A stretch of DNA of 63,631 nt, filler included, from Craspedostauros australis (Eukaryota), in assembly GCA_030167865.1 (NCBI GenBank). It is 16 parts of 16 records of this genome, joined end to end, with 100 filler letters (N's around TTAATTAATTAA, not from the genome) between each part and the next. Parts side by side here need not be neighbours in the genome. Positions count along the whole stretch, not along the records: positions 43,884 to 49,636 come from JALAGF010004475.1; positions 49,737 to 51,008 come from JALAGF010004477.1; positions 51,109 to 54,483 come from JALAGF010004478.1; positions 54,584 to 56,778 come from JALAGF010004479.1; positions 56,879 to 59,310 come from JALAGF010004482.1; 11 more parts are not named here. One strand, 5' to 3'. Made by a program: the position numbers and the translations under genes. The notes beneath the pieces are model-generated. The model was not told the origin of the DNA. It did not search any database and worked only from the letters and a program-made list of their open reading frames with translations. This document shows positions 45,910-57,343 of the stretch, one piece after another; within the stretch, counting starts at the first letter, position 1, and every line of letters starts with the position of its first letter.

Positions 45910-48351
45910 GAGGAAATTCACTAACCAGGTCGTTTTGGAGGCCAAAGTCCACTAACCAGGTCGTTTTGGTGCCCGACACGATGATTGGGTGACTGAAATG
46001 GCCGGCGTGTCTCTACGACAACATCGAAAATATTAATTTAGCCGTGAAGTAAACACATCAACTGTGTCCCTGTCGAGTAGTGTAGAGTACTCCAGTTTTT
46101 GATGGTGTTGATGAATCCTGTTCTGCGGAAGACGAGGAGAGGGTTAAACCAACTATATTGCATACTGNNNNNNNNNNNNNNNNNNNNNNNNNNNNNNNNN
46201 NNNNNNNNNNNNNNNNNNNNNNNNNNNNNNNNNNNNNNNNNNNNNNNNNNNNNNNNNNNNNGGTCACTGTGTGTACTATGTTGGTCATATGTGCATACAA
46301 AATGTCAAGCATACTTGATTACAACAACTCCACCACTCCGAGAACACCTCAGAGAGTACAGTCACGAAGTATGAGGTCTCCAGTCCATCTGGAAGGCATC
46401 CATATCTGAGAATCTAGATATCATGTAGTGTGGGTGACGGTACTATGAGCTACGCACCATACTGTACAGTAGATTGTCAAAATGTGCATATAAAACGTCA
46501 ATCGCAATGAAATCCAACCCGGCTCCCATTTCCAACACACTCCAAAGGATCTGGTCACGAAGTATGAGGTCTTAGATCCGTCTGGAAGGTAGTCAAATCT
46601 GAGAATCTAGATTTCGAGTGGTGCTGTGGGTGACAGTACTGTGAGCTACGCACCATACTGTGCAGTAGATTGTCAAAATGTGCATATAAAATGTCAATTG
46701 CAATCGAATCCAACCCTGCGAGCACTTACAACACACTCCAAAGGATCTGGTCATGAAGTATGAGGTCTTAGATCCGTCTGGAAGGTAGTCAAATCTGAGA
46801 ATCTAGATTTCGAGTGGTGCTGTGGGTGACAGTACTGTGAGCTACGCACCATACTGTACAGTAGATTGTCAAAATGTGCCTATAAATGTCAATCGCAATG
46901 AAATCCAACCTGACGCGCACTTACAACACACCCCATAGCGTCTGGTCACGAAGTATGAGGTCTCCAGCCCATCTAGAAGGTAGTCAAATCTGAGAATCTA
47001 AATTTCGAATGGTGTTGTGCGTGACAGTACTGTGAGCTACGCACCATACTGTACAGTAGATTGCCCATATGTGCATAGAAAACGTCAATCACAATCAAAT
47101 ACAACCCGGCGAGCACTTACAACACACTCCAAAGGATCTGGTCACGAAGTATGAGGTCTCCAGTCCATCTGGAAGGTATCCATATCTGGATGTGGAGATT
47201 TCGAGTGGTGTTGTGGGTGGCAGTACAACGAGGTACGCACCATACTGTACAGTAGATTGCCCATATGTGCATAGAAAACGTCAATCACAATCAAATCCAA
47301 CCTGACGCGCACTTACAACACACGCCAAAGGATCTGGCCACGAAGAATGAGGTCCTAGATCCATCTGGAAGGTGTTCAAATCGATGGATCTAGATTCCGA
47401 GTGGTGCTGTGGGTGGCAGTCCGGTGCTCCATCTACCTCACAAGACGCAATGTTGCACTTGAAATCTAGATCCATCGATTTGAACACCTTCCAGATGGAT
47501 CTAGGACCTCATTCTTCGTGGCCAGATCCTTCGGAGTGTGTTGTAAGTGCGCGCCAGGTTGGATTCGATTGCGATTGACAGTTTATATTCACATTTTGAC
47601 AATCTACTGTACAGTGTGGTGCGTAGCTCACAGTACTGTCACACACAGCACCTCGATGTCCAGATCCATCGATTTGACTATCTTCCAGATGGACTGGACA
47701 CCTCATACTTCGTGACCAGACGCTTTGGAGTGTGTTGTAAGTTTGCGCCGGGTTGGATTTCATTGTGATTGACATTTATAGGCACATTTTGACAATCTAC
47801 TGTACAGTGTGGTGCGTAGCTCACAGTACTGTCACCCACAGCACCACTCGAAATCTAGATTCTCAGATTTGACTACCTTCCAGATGGACTGGAGACCTCA
47901 TACTTCGTGACCAGATCCTTTGGAGTGTGTTGGAAGTGGGCGCCGGGTTGGATTTGATTGTGATTGACAGTTTATATGCACATATGACCAACTCATTCCA
48001 CACAGTGACCGAATGACAGCACATGAACTGACTAAATGTAATCTGAATCTCCTTGCAGTTGGATGTAGCTGTTCCAAGGTAGGTACATGCCAATGGNNNN
48101 NNNNNNNNNNNNNNNNNNNNNNNNNNNNNNNNNNNNNNNNNNNNNNNNNNNNNNNNNNNNNNNNNNNNNNNAGACTACTTTCCACTGTTCTGCAGTGAAA
48201 TGTTTGTGTTGGCTTCGTGGCTAAATTATTATTTTCGCCGTTGTCACAGGGACGCGCCGGCCAAAACTCCGGCCATTGTGATTGGCCAATACCAAAACGA
48301 CCTGGTTAGTGGACTTTGGCCTCCAAAACGACCTGGTTAGTGAATTTCCTC
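45910..48351. mobile_element. Non-autonomous foldback-type (MULE-like) DNA transposon, 2442 bp, with a 10-bp TSD
   Basis: ~60-bp perfect TIR (GAGGAAATTCACTAACCAGGTCGTTTTGG...) extending imperfectly to ~150 bp; TSD AAAAGAGAAT at 45900-45909 and 48352-48361; internal ~195-bp repeats are direct in the left arm and inverted in the right arm. Confidence 0.92.
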
Positions 48352-48528
48352 AAAAGAGAATTCTGGCCGCTTGCATCACGTTTTGCCTCTAAAACGCTAG
48401 GCTGACGCCATCATAAGTTTATAACCAAGGCCTGGACTCACTGTCTAACACTCNNNNNNNNNTACCAATGTGTTGAAGTATATATGATTAAATTATAGTC
48501 TCTATAGGAGCCCATTTTTTCAGGATCC

Positions 48529-48629
48529 TGTAGCGACCGTACGGTCATTGGCTGACGTGGGTCATATGCTCCTCAGATCCTCTGACTACAACACACCTCG
48601 ATTCCCTCCACGCTGATGACCACTGCACT
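48529..48629 (+). mobile_element. LTR start related to the family-B LTR, interrupted by a family-E insertion
   Basis: TG start; ATATGCTCCTCAGATCCT and CACCTCGATTCCC match 18443-18486. Confidence 0.55.
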
Positions 48630-49332
48630 TGTTAGGAATCGAGGGTACGACTTTGTCAGAATACCCGTGATTGCCGCACCTCCCAACATTATTCATCACA
48701 GCTTTGAATATTATTCGTCACATGTTCGGAGACTATTCGTCACACCTTTGAATACCATGTCATTATGACTATGACTAAGCATACGGACGCGATTGATACC
48801 TGTACTACCGCAAGGAGGGTAGTCTGTCCTCTGGAAACATAAAGACAACACCCATGGCGGATCAGGAAGTCCCGATACCGCGCCAACCATGGCAACCATC
48901 CAGACGACGACGTCGATCAGAACAGCATGTCCATGGGCAAGTGACGCACCTTCTTCAGAGGATAGCACGCGCCCCTCCTGCGGACAAGAACATCCGCAGG
49001 TTTGGAAACATCGGAAAGGATCAGAACATCCGCAGGTTTGGAACATCACCAAGGGTGACATCGGCTATGAGACGATGGTGTCATGAGGATCAACGAAGGA
49101 AACATGAGACAGGCAAGTGCTCAGGACTGCAGATCCCTACCATGCAAACGTAGACAGCTACGACAATGCGGAGACAAGGAAGCAAGAACAGAGCATGATG
49201 AATGAAGAGGGAAGCACCTAAGAGACAACAGGATGCCCCGTGTCGATACCGCGACAGATGCCTGTCAAGAAAACGAAATCGGAAGAGAAAGTGAGATTGT
49301 GCTCACAGTTCTAAAACGGTACAGTTTCTAAC
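48630..49332 (+). mobile_element. Family E 5' LTR (703 bp)
   Basis: TGTTAGGAA...TTTCTAACA; second copy at 30649-31351; followed by a leader and gag. Confidence 0.9.
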
Positions 49333-49460
49333 AGCAGATTAGNNNNTAGTACTAACTATAACCCCGGATTTCCAACACGTTTCGAAACGTTACGATTGAA
49401 ATCCTACGTTTCTACCACCATCAACACAGCAACAAACATCCTATCATCATCATCATCACC

Positions 49461-49636
49461 ATGACATCCTTCCTAGGTAAGACTGATCGTTACATGATCA
49501 TGTTCGATGGCAAGCGGTCCAGCTGGAAAGCTTGGAGTGCAAAGTTCCTGGTCCGCGCCAACCGCAAGGGCTATGGAGACTTGTATCTCAAGGACATGGG
49601 TGATGTGGTTGTGAAGGAAGAACCGTTTGTCCCCTC
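49461..49636 (+). CDS. gag: Family E Gag N-terminus, truncated by contig end
   Basis: MTSFLGKTDRYMIMFDGKRSSWKAWSAKF, as at 30524. Confidence 0.8.
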
Positions 49637-49736
49637 NNNNNNNNNNNNNNNNNNNNNNNNNNNNNNNNNNNNNNNNNNNNTTAATTAATTAANNNNNNNN
49701 NNNNNNNNNNNNNNNNNNNNNNNNNNNNNNNNNNNN

Positions 49737-51008
49737 TAGATGTTGTTGTCCGTCTGCGATGGCTTTGCCGAACGCCAGTGCCTTGCTCTCTGCTGCTGTG
49801 CGCCCGAGTTTTCGCGTCTTATCCGTCTTCCTGAACGATTCGGACGTTATCGGCAGCTTGTCGGACGTGAACGTTCGGTCCTCGATGACACCCAACTCGT
49901 TGATGATCCACCCTTCCCATTCAGCGCTCTTGACCACGACGTCTTCTGTGATACCAGATGCAGCCACCAACCGCGCCTGGTCATCATCATACTTCACCTN
50001 GTGAGTTTGACGTACCTGTTGTCCATTCGCGCGGAATCGTNGTTTTGGTGCGCCAGGAAGCGTGGTGATGTTGCCTTGGAGGGACGACGCGTTGACCAGT
50101 ACTGTGGTGGTACCCGCGATGCTACCAGCTTTCAGTGCTTCGTAGAGTTGGCGGGCGGTCTTGATGTCACGTCCGCTTTGCACGTATTTTCGCAGTACAC
50201 GGGTGATGAACGCGAAGTGGGTGTCCAGCATGCTCTTACCGGTTTGGGCCTCCGTGTAGATCCACGCGATGATTTTGGCTGCTTTTNGTGTCGCAAGGTT
50301 CTTGTTGAGTACCGATGTGATGAGCGCGATGTGCTCGTGACTGGCAAAGCAACACGCNTTATCGCTCTGTAGGATGATTTCAGTCACGGATGGGTGAATG
50401 TCTTTGACCTTTTTTTGCACAATCTCCAGCAGTCCACCAACTTGAAGTGTGTCTTGTGTTGGTCTTCCACCGACCACAATGTCGATGAACCGATAAGTAA
50501 AAATGTCATTGCGACACTTGATGACCATCGCCCCAAGCAGTGACATCCCCTTCTTCCCCCAATATTCTTGTTGGGCTTCGCCTTGGCCGGTCGGTAGAAT
50601 TTTTTGCTTATGGTCGAGTACCACATAGGCTCTTTCAGGCTTTTCGTTGAGCTGGGATTGATAAAAAGCGATTTGTCCGAATTGAACTTTGGCACGCACT
50701 TTGTGAGCCATGTAATTAATGATTTCATCAGCGAATCCCNNNNNNNNNNNNNNNNNNNNNNNNNNNNNNNCCTTGTGTTCTGCGAGTTCGTTGTCCTTAA
50801 GCATTTCGACGAATGGGACAAAACGATCATTCACAAATCGCATTGCTGCGCCACAACGGTTGCATACTTTACGCGGTTGTTCGTTTGTTGTGACCACAGG
50901 AATGTCACTTGTGACGTTTGGAGTGTCGTTTGTGATGGTGGTGGTCTTCTTGCGCTTGTTCTTGTGCTTGTTGGTGCGTGGTTTGCGTTGATTGGTTGAT
51001 GTGGTTGT
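49737..51008 (-). CDS. DDD transposase core, Sola-like (probably Sola3-type), partial
   Basis: LDHKQKILP...EAQQEYWGKKGMSLLG, QSDxACCF and YTEAQTGKSMLDTHF parallel the D..MK.LP..RE.Q..WFGKRG / SDNA.CY / E..GK..D motifs. The superfamily assignment is from memory. Confidence 0.6.
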
Positions 51009-51108
51009 NNNNNNNNNNNNNNNNNNNNNNNNNNNNNNNNNNNNNNNNNNNNTTAATTAATTAANNNNNNNNNNNNNNNNNNNNNNNNNNNNNNNNNNNN
51101 NNNNNNNN

Positions 51109-51600
51109 GACCAGGCCACCATCCAGGCAACTTTGCTACATGTATGCATGGACGCCGATTGGGGTGCTGATACAAGGTGTCGTAAATCCACCTGTGGCAT
51201 TGCGTTGCTTCTTGGCGGCCCTGCTGTCGCGTGGAAAGCCCACGTCCAACCCGCCATTTCTCTCAATACCTCTAAAGCCAAGTTCATTGCCACTGGCGAC
51301 AATGGCAAGATGGCGCTCTGGCTTTGGTCACTCCTGGACNAGATCAGTGTGTGCCAACAGCATGCCATACTTATCTACAAGGACAACCGAGGTGCCAGAA
51401 TGATGGCAAACGCCAACCAACCGCCAAGGAACTCCAGGCATATCGATATACACACATTTGCGGTCTGCGATTGAGTGGGCAGAGATCTCATCCTCATCGC
51501 TGATGTGGCATCCAACCCCAATGCTTCAGATCTGTGCAACAAGCAGATGCCTGTGATTCTGTTATTTTGACATACGGACCTACTCATGGGATGTATTCCA
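51109..51600 (+). pseudogene. Heavily decayed copia RNase H
   Basis: DADWG.D..RKSTCG, AVAWK..QP.ISL.TSKAKF, YKDNRGA, SRHIDI..F, N.SDL..K, with E-to-K changes and a stop codon. Confidence 0.82.
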
Positions 51601-52782
51601 TCATTCTACGTTCGCCGGTGAATGCCGCCAGTGGAGTGTGGTGATCCCAGTCTTCTCTGTATGAAAGAGTGAATTGGTTCCACTAGCTACCACAAGCATG
51701 GGGGTGTTGGCATCTGTACACATNNNNNNNNNNNNNNNNNNNNNNCAGCAGCAATAGCTGACACAACAAACAACATCACAGCTCCGTAGTCTTGAATCCA
51801 TCATCAGCACCAAATCATACACACCGCACACTCACGATACTGACAAATTCAAACAACAATTGGACGACGCCAGGCATTTTGCAGGAATAATAAACCATTT
51901 AGTACAAATACAACACGAGAATTGCACGATTCGGGAAATGGATGAGTCCAGCAATCAGTCAGAAATCACGTTGTTGAGTCGCATCCACAACGACAACACC
52001 AAAAAATTGTGCTTCGAAACGTAAAAACGGAAAAGGAAAATTCACAACACGACCAACGTGACGTGTTGGACAAACCCTTCGGAAGCCCGANGGCGTCATC
52101 AGTCAACNATAACTATGGCANTGCNTGAACNGACCATCATGATTGGCNNGTTGGNTCGTGGCGTTATGTCAAAGTTCTTATTTGGTGGGAACGCAATGAT
52201 GTCTGCGACAGGTCACGAAGACACCGATGTCCACAACACGAGGGAAGTTCTCACGTTTCCTTTCAAACAAATATCGATTGCGTACTTGTGAACACAAATT
52301 ACATGTCAAACAGAAAATCGATGTTTCGTGATTTTGTCATTGCGTCGTTCTTCGCGTGTTGTACCATGTTGTATTTCGCCTGTGAAACCGGAGGATGATT
52401 TGGACTTACGGAACAGAGTGTGATGTCACGATAAGAATTAACCTTCCGACCATTCGGACACGTGAAAGCACACGAACCAACTCTTGCACAGTGTTTCAAT
52501 GACAGAAACGCGGAGGCATGGCGCCAGACAAGCAGTCTAAATGTGGAGATGCTGTCCTCTGTTTTTATGGTACGTTTCATAATGTATCTACATACATTGG
52601 TACATCAACTATTGATGATACTGCGATGGGTACCGAAGGCCAACAAGGATGCGTCAGACCAGGGTGGGAGGCGACTGGGAAATTGGTCTCCCGCAGCTCC
52701 CAAAGTTGGGCACTACGACACGGCGTCGAACCGATGACAAAAACGATAAGTTGCAATCATTTCGGAACGGAGGAATATCCGT

Positions 52783-52941
52783 GAGGAAAATTTTGTGTGG
52801 GCGTTTTCGTAAGTGGACTGGTGAGTCCACTTACGGCCCCCTTGCATTTTTGGGCCTCGTAAGTGGACTCCTCAATCCAGTTACCGTAAGTGGACTGAGG
52901 AGTCCACTTACGACCACAAAAAAAGTAGTCGAATTTTGCTC
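52783..52941. repeat. Palindromic array: three CGTAAGTGGACT-N4-AGTCCACTTACG sites inside GAGGAAAATT...AATTTTGCTC; probable transposon end
   Basis: Perfect 12-4-12 palindromes at 52808-52835 and 52885-52912, and a degenerate one at 52858-52885; lies about 275 bp past the stop of a transposase-like ORF. Confidence 0.75.
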
Positions 52942-53214
52942 ATCTGAGAAAAGACTACTTTGACCACACCACCCTGTCACATTTTTTGGATTCTTCGTGT
53001 TGTTGCGTGTAAACTTGTGCACACAGCGATTTTGCATTGAGACGCACCTCCTCCATTCTTTCCTTCCACAACTGCTCTCGCCATCCCTACAATAACAGCG
53101 ATCAACACTGACTCAACCCTGCATTGTATTGTCTTTCTCTACTGTTATGCCACAGTCATCCTTGCAAGCCGCTTGTGCATGGAATACATCAGTGTGCATT
53201 ATATGTATTGTGTA

Positions 53215-54483
53215 TCATCGTTTCCGCTTCCTTCCGCGCAGACCATGAGTTATGACCTCTGTGTCTCTGCTTTGGATCCTGGCTTTGGCGGCTGCCCTGT
53301 GCGCAGCCTGTATCGCCGCTTCCAGATTCAAGACAGGTGCCCTTGGGCTAATTCTTGTGGCTGCGTTTGCTTGGTTTGTCTCAGCAGTGGTTGCTTCGCC
53401 GTTGGCATCGTCTTTGCTTTTGTTTCTCATCTCTCTTCCTATCTCTGTGGCTGCTTCTGTTGCTGCGGTGGTTGTCTTGTCTGCGCTTGCACTGATAGAG
53501 GCGTTCATTGTCATGGCTTTTTCCCGTTGACGCTGGGCCTTTACCTTATCTGCCCATTCCACGGGCTCCTGGTGCACAATTCGATGGCAGGAGTTCTGAA
53601 TAATGATTGCGTCCGCTCCCTTTGCGATATTTCTTAGTGCCACAGTTGGGGCAATGTCACATTTTGCAAGCCACTCCTGTTTGTCAGGTTCGATGTATCC
53701 GCAGGCATACAAGTTGCATCCTGGACAGATCCAGTGTGTACGTGCTGAACAGACAACACAGGTCCCCCTCACATCTGGACAGTATCTTGCTGCATGCTCA
53801 CCCTGCCGCAACCGTTTGGTCATCTTGATCTCCTCCTCGGACTCCATCGTGGATAGGCTGGCAAGAATTCCTTTCACTTTTGATGGTCTTTGGGGAGATC
53901 CCTGTGGTTGCATCTTGCCATCTTCGACGGCTGGTACGCCTGCTGGAATGATAACAGTTTTGTGGACCACCATCTCCGTGCCTCCCTTTTGTTTCTTGCT
54001 CTTTCTTTTGTCTGCAGCCGCGACTGCGAGCAACTTGCGCAACCGGGCGATGATTCGTCCCATCGACCTGTTCACACTCCACTCATGATTTGCTCTGTTG
54101 CGGTAGTGTTCAATGGTGTCTGTGTGGTCTGTTCCAATTTCACGCTCGGATTGTGCCTCTGTTGTGTGCTGAATCAATCGGTGCAGCACCACAAATATGG
54201 TTTGTAGCTGTCGACCGACTGCTACGCACTGAACCGTTGCAATGGGCGGGGGCGCTTCGTGCTGCCGGATCAGTTTTGTTGTTATGTCGGACCCACCCTT
54301 CAGGCAGTTCCATACAGCGCAGTTCAGGGGGAGGAAGGTCTTCACTGGAGGTACTGGGAAAGCAAGATTGTTGTGGCAGGTTTGCCAAATCTTCTGGTGA
54401 TGGAATAGGTCATCCGCTGTGAGGTTCCACAGGTTCTTGCTCGCTCCACGGAACTTGTTCGTCTTTGGGTTCAGCTTGAGGAA
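53215..54483 (-). CDS. piggyBac-like transposase, C-terminal half (5'-truncated by contig end)
   Basis: WNCLKGGSD resembles the piggyBac YN..MGGVD third catalytic Asp motif; the C-terminal Cys-rich domain CVVC..THWICPGC..AC...CHRIVH resembles the piggyBac CRD; frame is open to the contig edge; basic NLS-like tail. Confidence 0.62.
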   Translation of the reverse strand, partial: FLKLNPKTNKFRGASKNLWNLTADDLFHHQKIWQTCHNNLAFPVPPVKTFLPLNCAVWNCLKGGSDITTKLIRQHEAPPPIATVQCVAVGRQLQTIFVVLHRLIQHTTEAQSEREIGTDHTDTIEHYRNRANHEWSVNRSMGRIIARLRKLLAVAAADKRKSKKQKGGTEMVVHKTVIIPAGVPAVEDGKMQPQGSPQRPSKVKGILASLSTMESEEEIKMTKRLRQGEHAARYCPDVRGTCVVCSARTHWICPGCNLYACGYIEPDKQEWLAKCDIAPTVALRNIAKGADAIIIQNSCHRIVHQEPVEWADKVKAQRQREKAMTMNASISASADKTTTAATEAATEIGREMRNKSKDDANGEATTAETNQANAATRISPRAPVLNLEAAIQAAHRAAAKARIQSRDTEVITHGLRGRKRKR

Positions 54484-54583
54484 NNNNNNNNNNNNNNNNN
54501 NNNNNNNNNNNNNNNNNNNNNNNNNNNTTAATTAATTAANNNNNNNNNNNNNNNNNNNNNNNNNNNNNNNNNNNNNNNNNNNN

Positions 54584-56778
54584 GCCACACGCCACCAGAC
54601 GCGCTCGATAGGTTCCATTGCGCTTTAGTTTAAACACCCATTTGCACTTGCAGCATCTGCGGTCTCTTGGAATCGATGAGCGCTTGATCTTGCTGTAGAC
54701 GGATCGAGCATCCATCGAACCAAACTCCTTTGCGATGGCAGCTCTGTAGCCCTTCCGGTGTGTTGCATTCGGATGGTTGAATGCTTGGTCGAAGGTTGAT
54801 GGCTCGATGTGNNNNNNNNNNNNNNNNNNNNNNNNNNNNNNNNNNNNNNNNNGAAGGTTGATGGCTCGATGTGCGTCGATGTCTCTCCTGTCTCATCTTG
54901 GGTGGTTGCGCAGATCTCTATCTCGAAGTCGTCGGTACTGATTGCGTTGTTGCCGAATAGAGCATCTGTGACTGTGTTGGTGATGTCCGATGGAGGAGAG
55001 TCGCTGTCTTCGTCGTCCGTAGCTTCGTCGTTCTCCTCATTCTCGTCGGTGGTGTCGTCATTGGTTTCGTCATCGTCGTTGGTCTCCTCGCTGTTGTCCT
55101 TGTCGTCGTCGTCGGTGTCGCTTCCCCTGTTGAAGACGGATAGGTTGGTTGCGAAACGCTTGCCTTCACGCTTCTCTTTCTTTCCTGGCTTGTTGTAGTT
55201 TGCAAGGTTGCGCAATTCGCTCTTTCCTTTCACGTTGGATGGCAGCGACGCACGTGACTTCGCATCTGTTTTTGCTTGATGCTTGCTTCGCTCGTTGTAT
55301 CGCTGTTGTCGTTCGCTGCGAGTGGTGTCGCGCTTGCTTGGTCGTTTTGGGGGATCAGCAGTCGTGGTGCGACTAGTTTTCGAATCGTCGTTCGCTTCGT
55401 GCGAACGCTTGCGTGATGTTGGCGGAGTGCGGAGGATGCTTGGTGGGACACTCGGTGGGGCGACATCTTCAATGTCGGTCACTGTGTCGTCGTCGACGGG
55501 AATCGCGTCAACCTCTTCTTCGGACGCAGTCCCTTCGTCCACTGGTGTGGTCGCCGTCTCGCTCGCGAGACCTGGTGAGTTCTTCTTCGCACTCGTGTTG
55601 TTGTTGGTGTCGTCATCGTCCTCGTCGTCGTCATCTGAGAGGACGTGGTAAGAATTCGCGTCAGCGAATGACACAGAGCGTCGCTTCGGCTTGGTTTGAG
55701 CGGTGTGGGACGGCGCTGTCCCTTCCCTTCCGACCAGGATGAATCCATCATCGTCGGTCTCCGTTGGGTGCTCGGCATCGGTTGCGACGATCTGACTCCC
55801 TTCCGGCTTCCCATCGTCCATGCCGTAGGTCCAACCCTTGAAGTGCCCGTACGATCTGTTGAGCCATTTCACGTCTCTGGTGCAGACAATGGACTTGGTG
55901 GATGGACGGTACATGTTGTAGACGCCGGATCCATGCTGTGGAGCATATCCGACGAATAACATCGCCTCGCCTCTGTTCTGGAGTTTCGCCGTCATGCCTC
56001 CGTAGGCTGTCTTGACGACTCCGACTTCACCAAAGGTACGGAGTCCACTTGCATACTTCGGATCCTCTCCGAAGAATAGGTTGTGTGGCGACTTGGTCTG
56101 TCCCTTCGCCACGGTGATGTTGGCGACCGCGGTCGCGACGTTNGCTGCTGCAGCCCATAGACCATGTCTGTGCTCTTCGTTGAGCTGGGCGCCATTCAGC
56201 ATGGATCGCATCTTCGTGTACAAGTATGCAAACTTGCGCTCGACTCTGCCGTTCTGTTGTGGCGTGTTGGATGCCGTGTATTCGAATGAGACGTCGAATC
56301 CGGCTTCGAGCAGATGGACCTCGGATGCCTTGTTCTCTCCGCTGTTGTCGCCACGGAAAATGATTGGCTTGCCGTCCGTGTGTGCACGGATCTTCTGAAG
56401 GAATCGCTTCAGGAAGGCTGGTTGGTCACTCTTGTTGGTGAGGAAGATGCTCCAGCAGTAATCTGTGTGGTCGTCTACGATCAACACCCAGTACCGCTTG
56501 TTTCCNAAGCTCGTGTGCTTTGTGTAGCTGATGTCGATGAAGAATCGCTCACATCGTCGCGATGCTCTTGCGATGGTCGCCTTCGGGACGTTCTTCACCC
56601 GTGCGTTGGCAATGGCACAGTGCTTGCATGGCGGCATGGTGCCGATGATGTTCCATCCGTGATGCGATGCGGTCCGTTGCATTGCTTCCAGTGAGGCGTG
56701 TCCCAACATGCGATGGAGTGTGGACGCGTTGATGCCCTTCGGTGGATCCGATGTGACGGCCGCAGCCGTGATGTCTGT
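54584..56778 (-). CDS. pol: Ty1/copia pol fragment (gag-pre-integrase, IN, SH3-like, acidic spacer, RT start)
   Basis: HRMLGH..CKHC, FFIDIS, VDDHTDYCW, RGDNSGEN, TPQQNGRVERKF, MLFVGY, EPSTF, CKWVFK. Confidence 0.92.
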
Positions 56779-57202
56779 NNNNNNNNNNNNNNNNNNNNNN
56801 NNNNNNNNNNNNNNNNNNNNNNTTAATTAATTAANNNNNNNNNNNNNNNNNNNNNNNNNNNNNNNNNNNNNNNNNNNNGTTGTTGTTGTTGTTGTTGTTG
56901 CTGCTATTTCGAGCTGTGGTCCTCGAAATTGTGTTCTCTCCTTCTCTGACAGGATTCTGTTGCTGACACATGCTCACGTACGAAACTGCTACACCGTTGG
57001 CGCGTAGGAGTCATTGCACAAGACCAGATGACCGCAACGGTCGACTGACAGACGGTACGACCCGTATGATCCCAAAACTCGTTCTNNNNNNNNNNNNNNN
57101 NNNNNNNNNNNNNTCCCCTGGACCGCCCTCTGTGTCTGCCCGACGTCCCCGGTTTTGGCGCGTAGGAAAACGGCATTTTGCCTCCTAAAAACCTCACGCA
57201 TC

Positions 57203-57332
57203 GCGACTCGGTTTGCGACTCTGTGCGCGACTCTGTATGCGACTCTGTGTGCGACTCTGTGTGCGACTCTGTGTGCGACTCTGTGTGCGACTCTGTGCGC
57301 GATTCTGTGCGCGATTCTGTATGTGACTCTGT
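57203..57332. repeat. 12-bp tandem repeat (GCGACTCTGTGT), 11 units, in the 3' UTR of family D
   Basis: Units start every 12 nt from 57203 to 57323, immediately after the pol stop at 57344 (minus strand). Confidence 0.93.
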
Positions 57333-57343
57333 TGGCTATCTCG

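Noticed and set aside
54791..54873. Direct repeat GAAGGTTGATGGCTCGATGTG and an apparent frameshift before RT
   Set aside because: The two copies sit on either side of an N gap, which is typical of an unmerged scaffold overlap.
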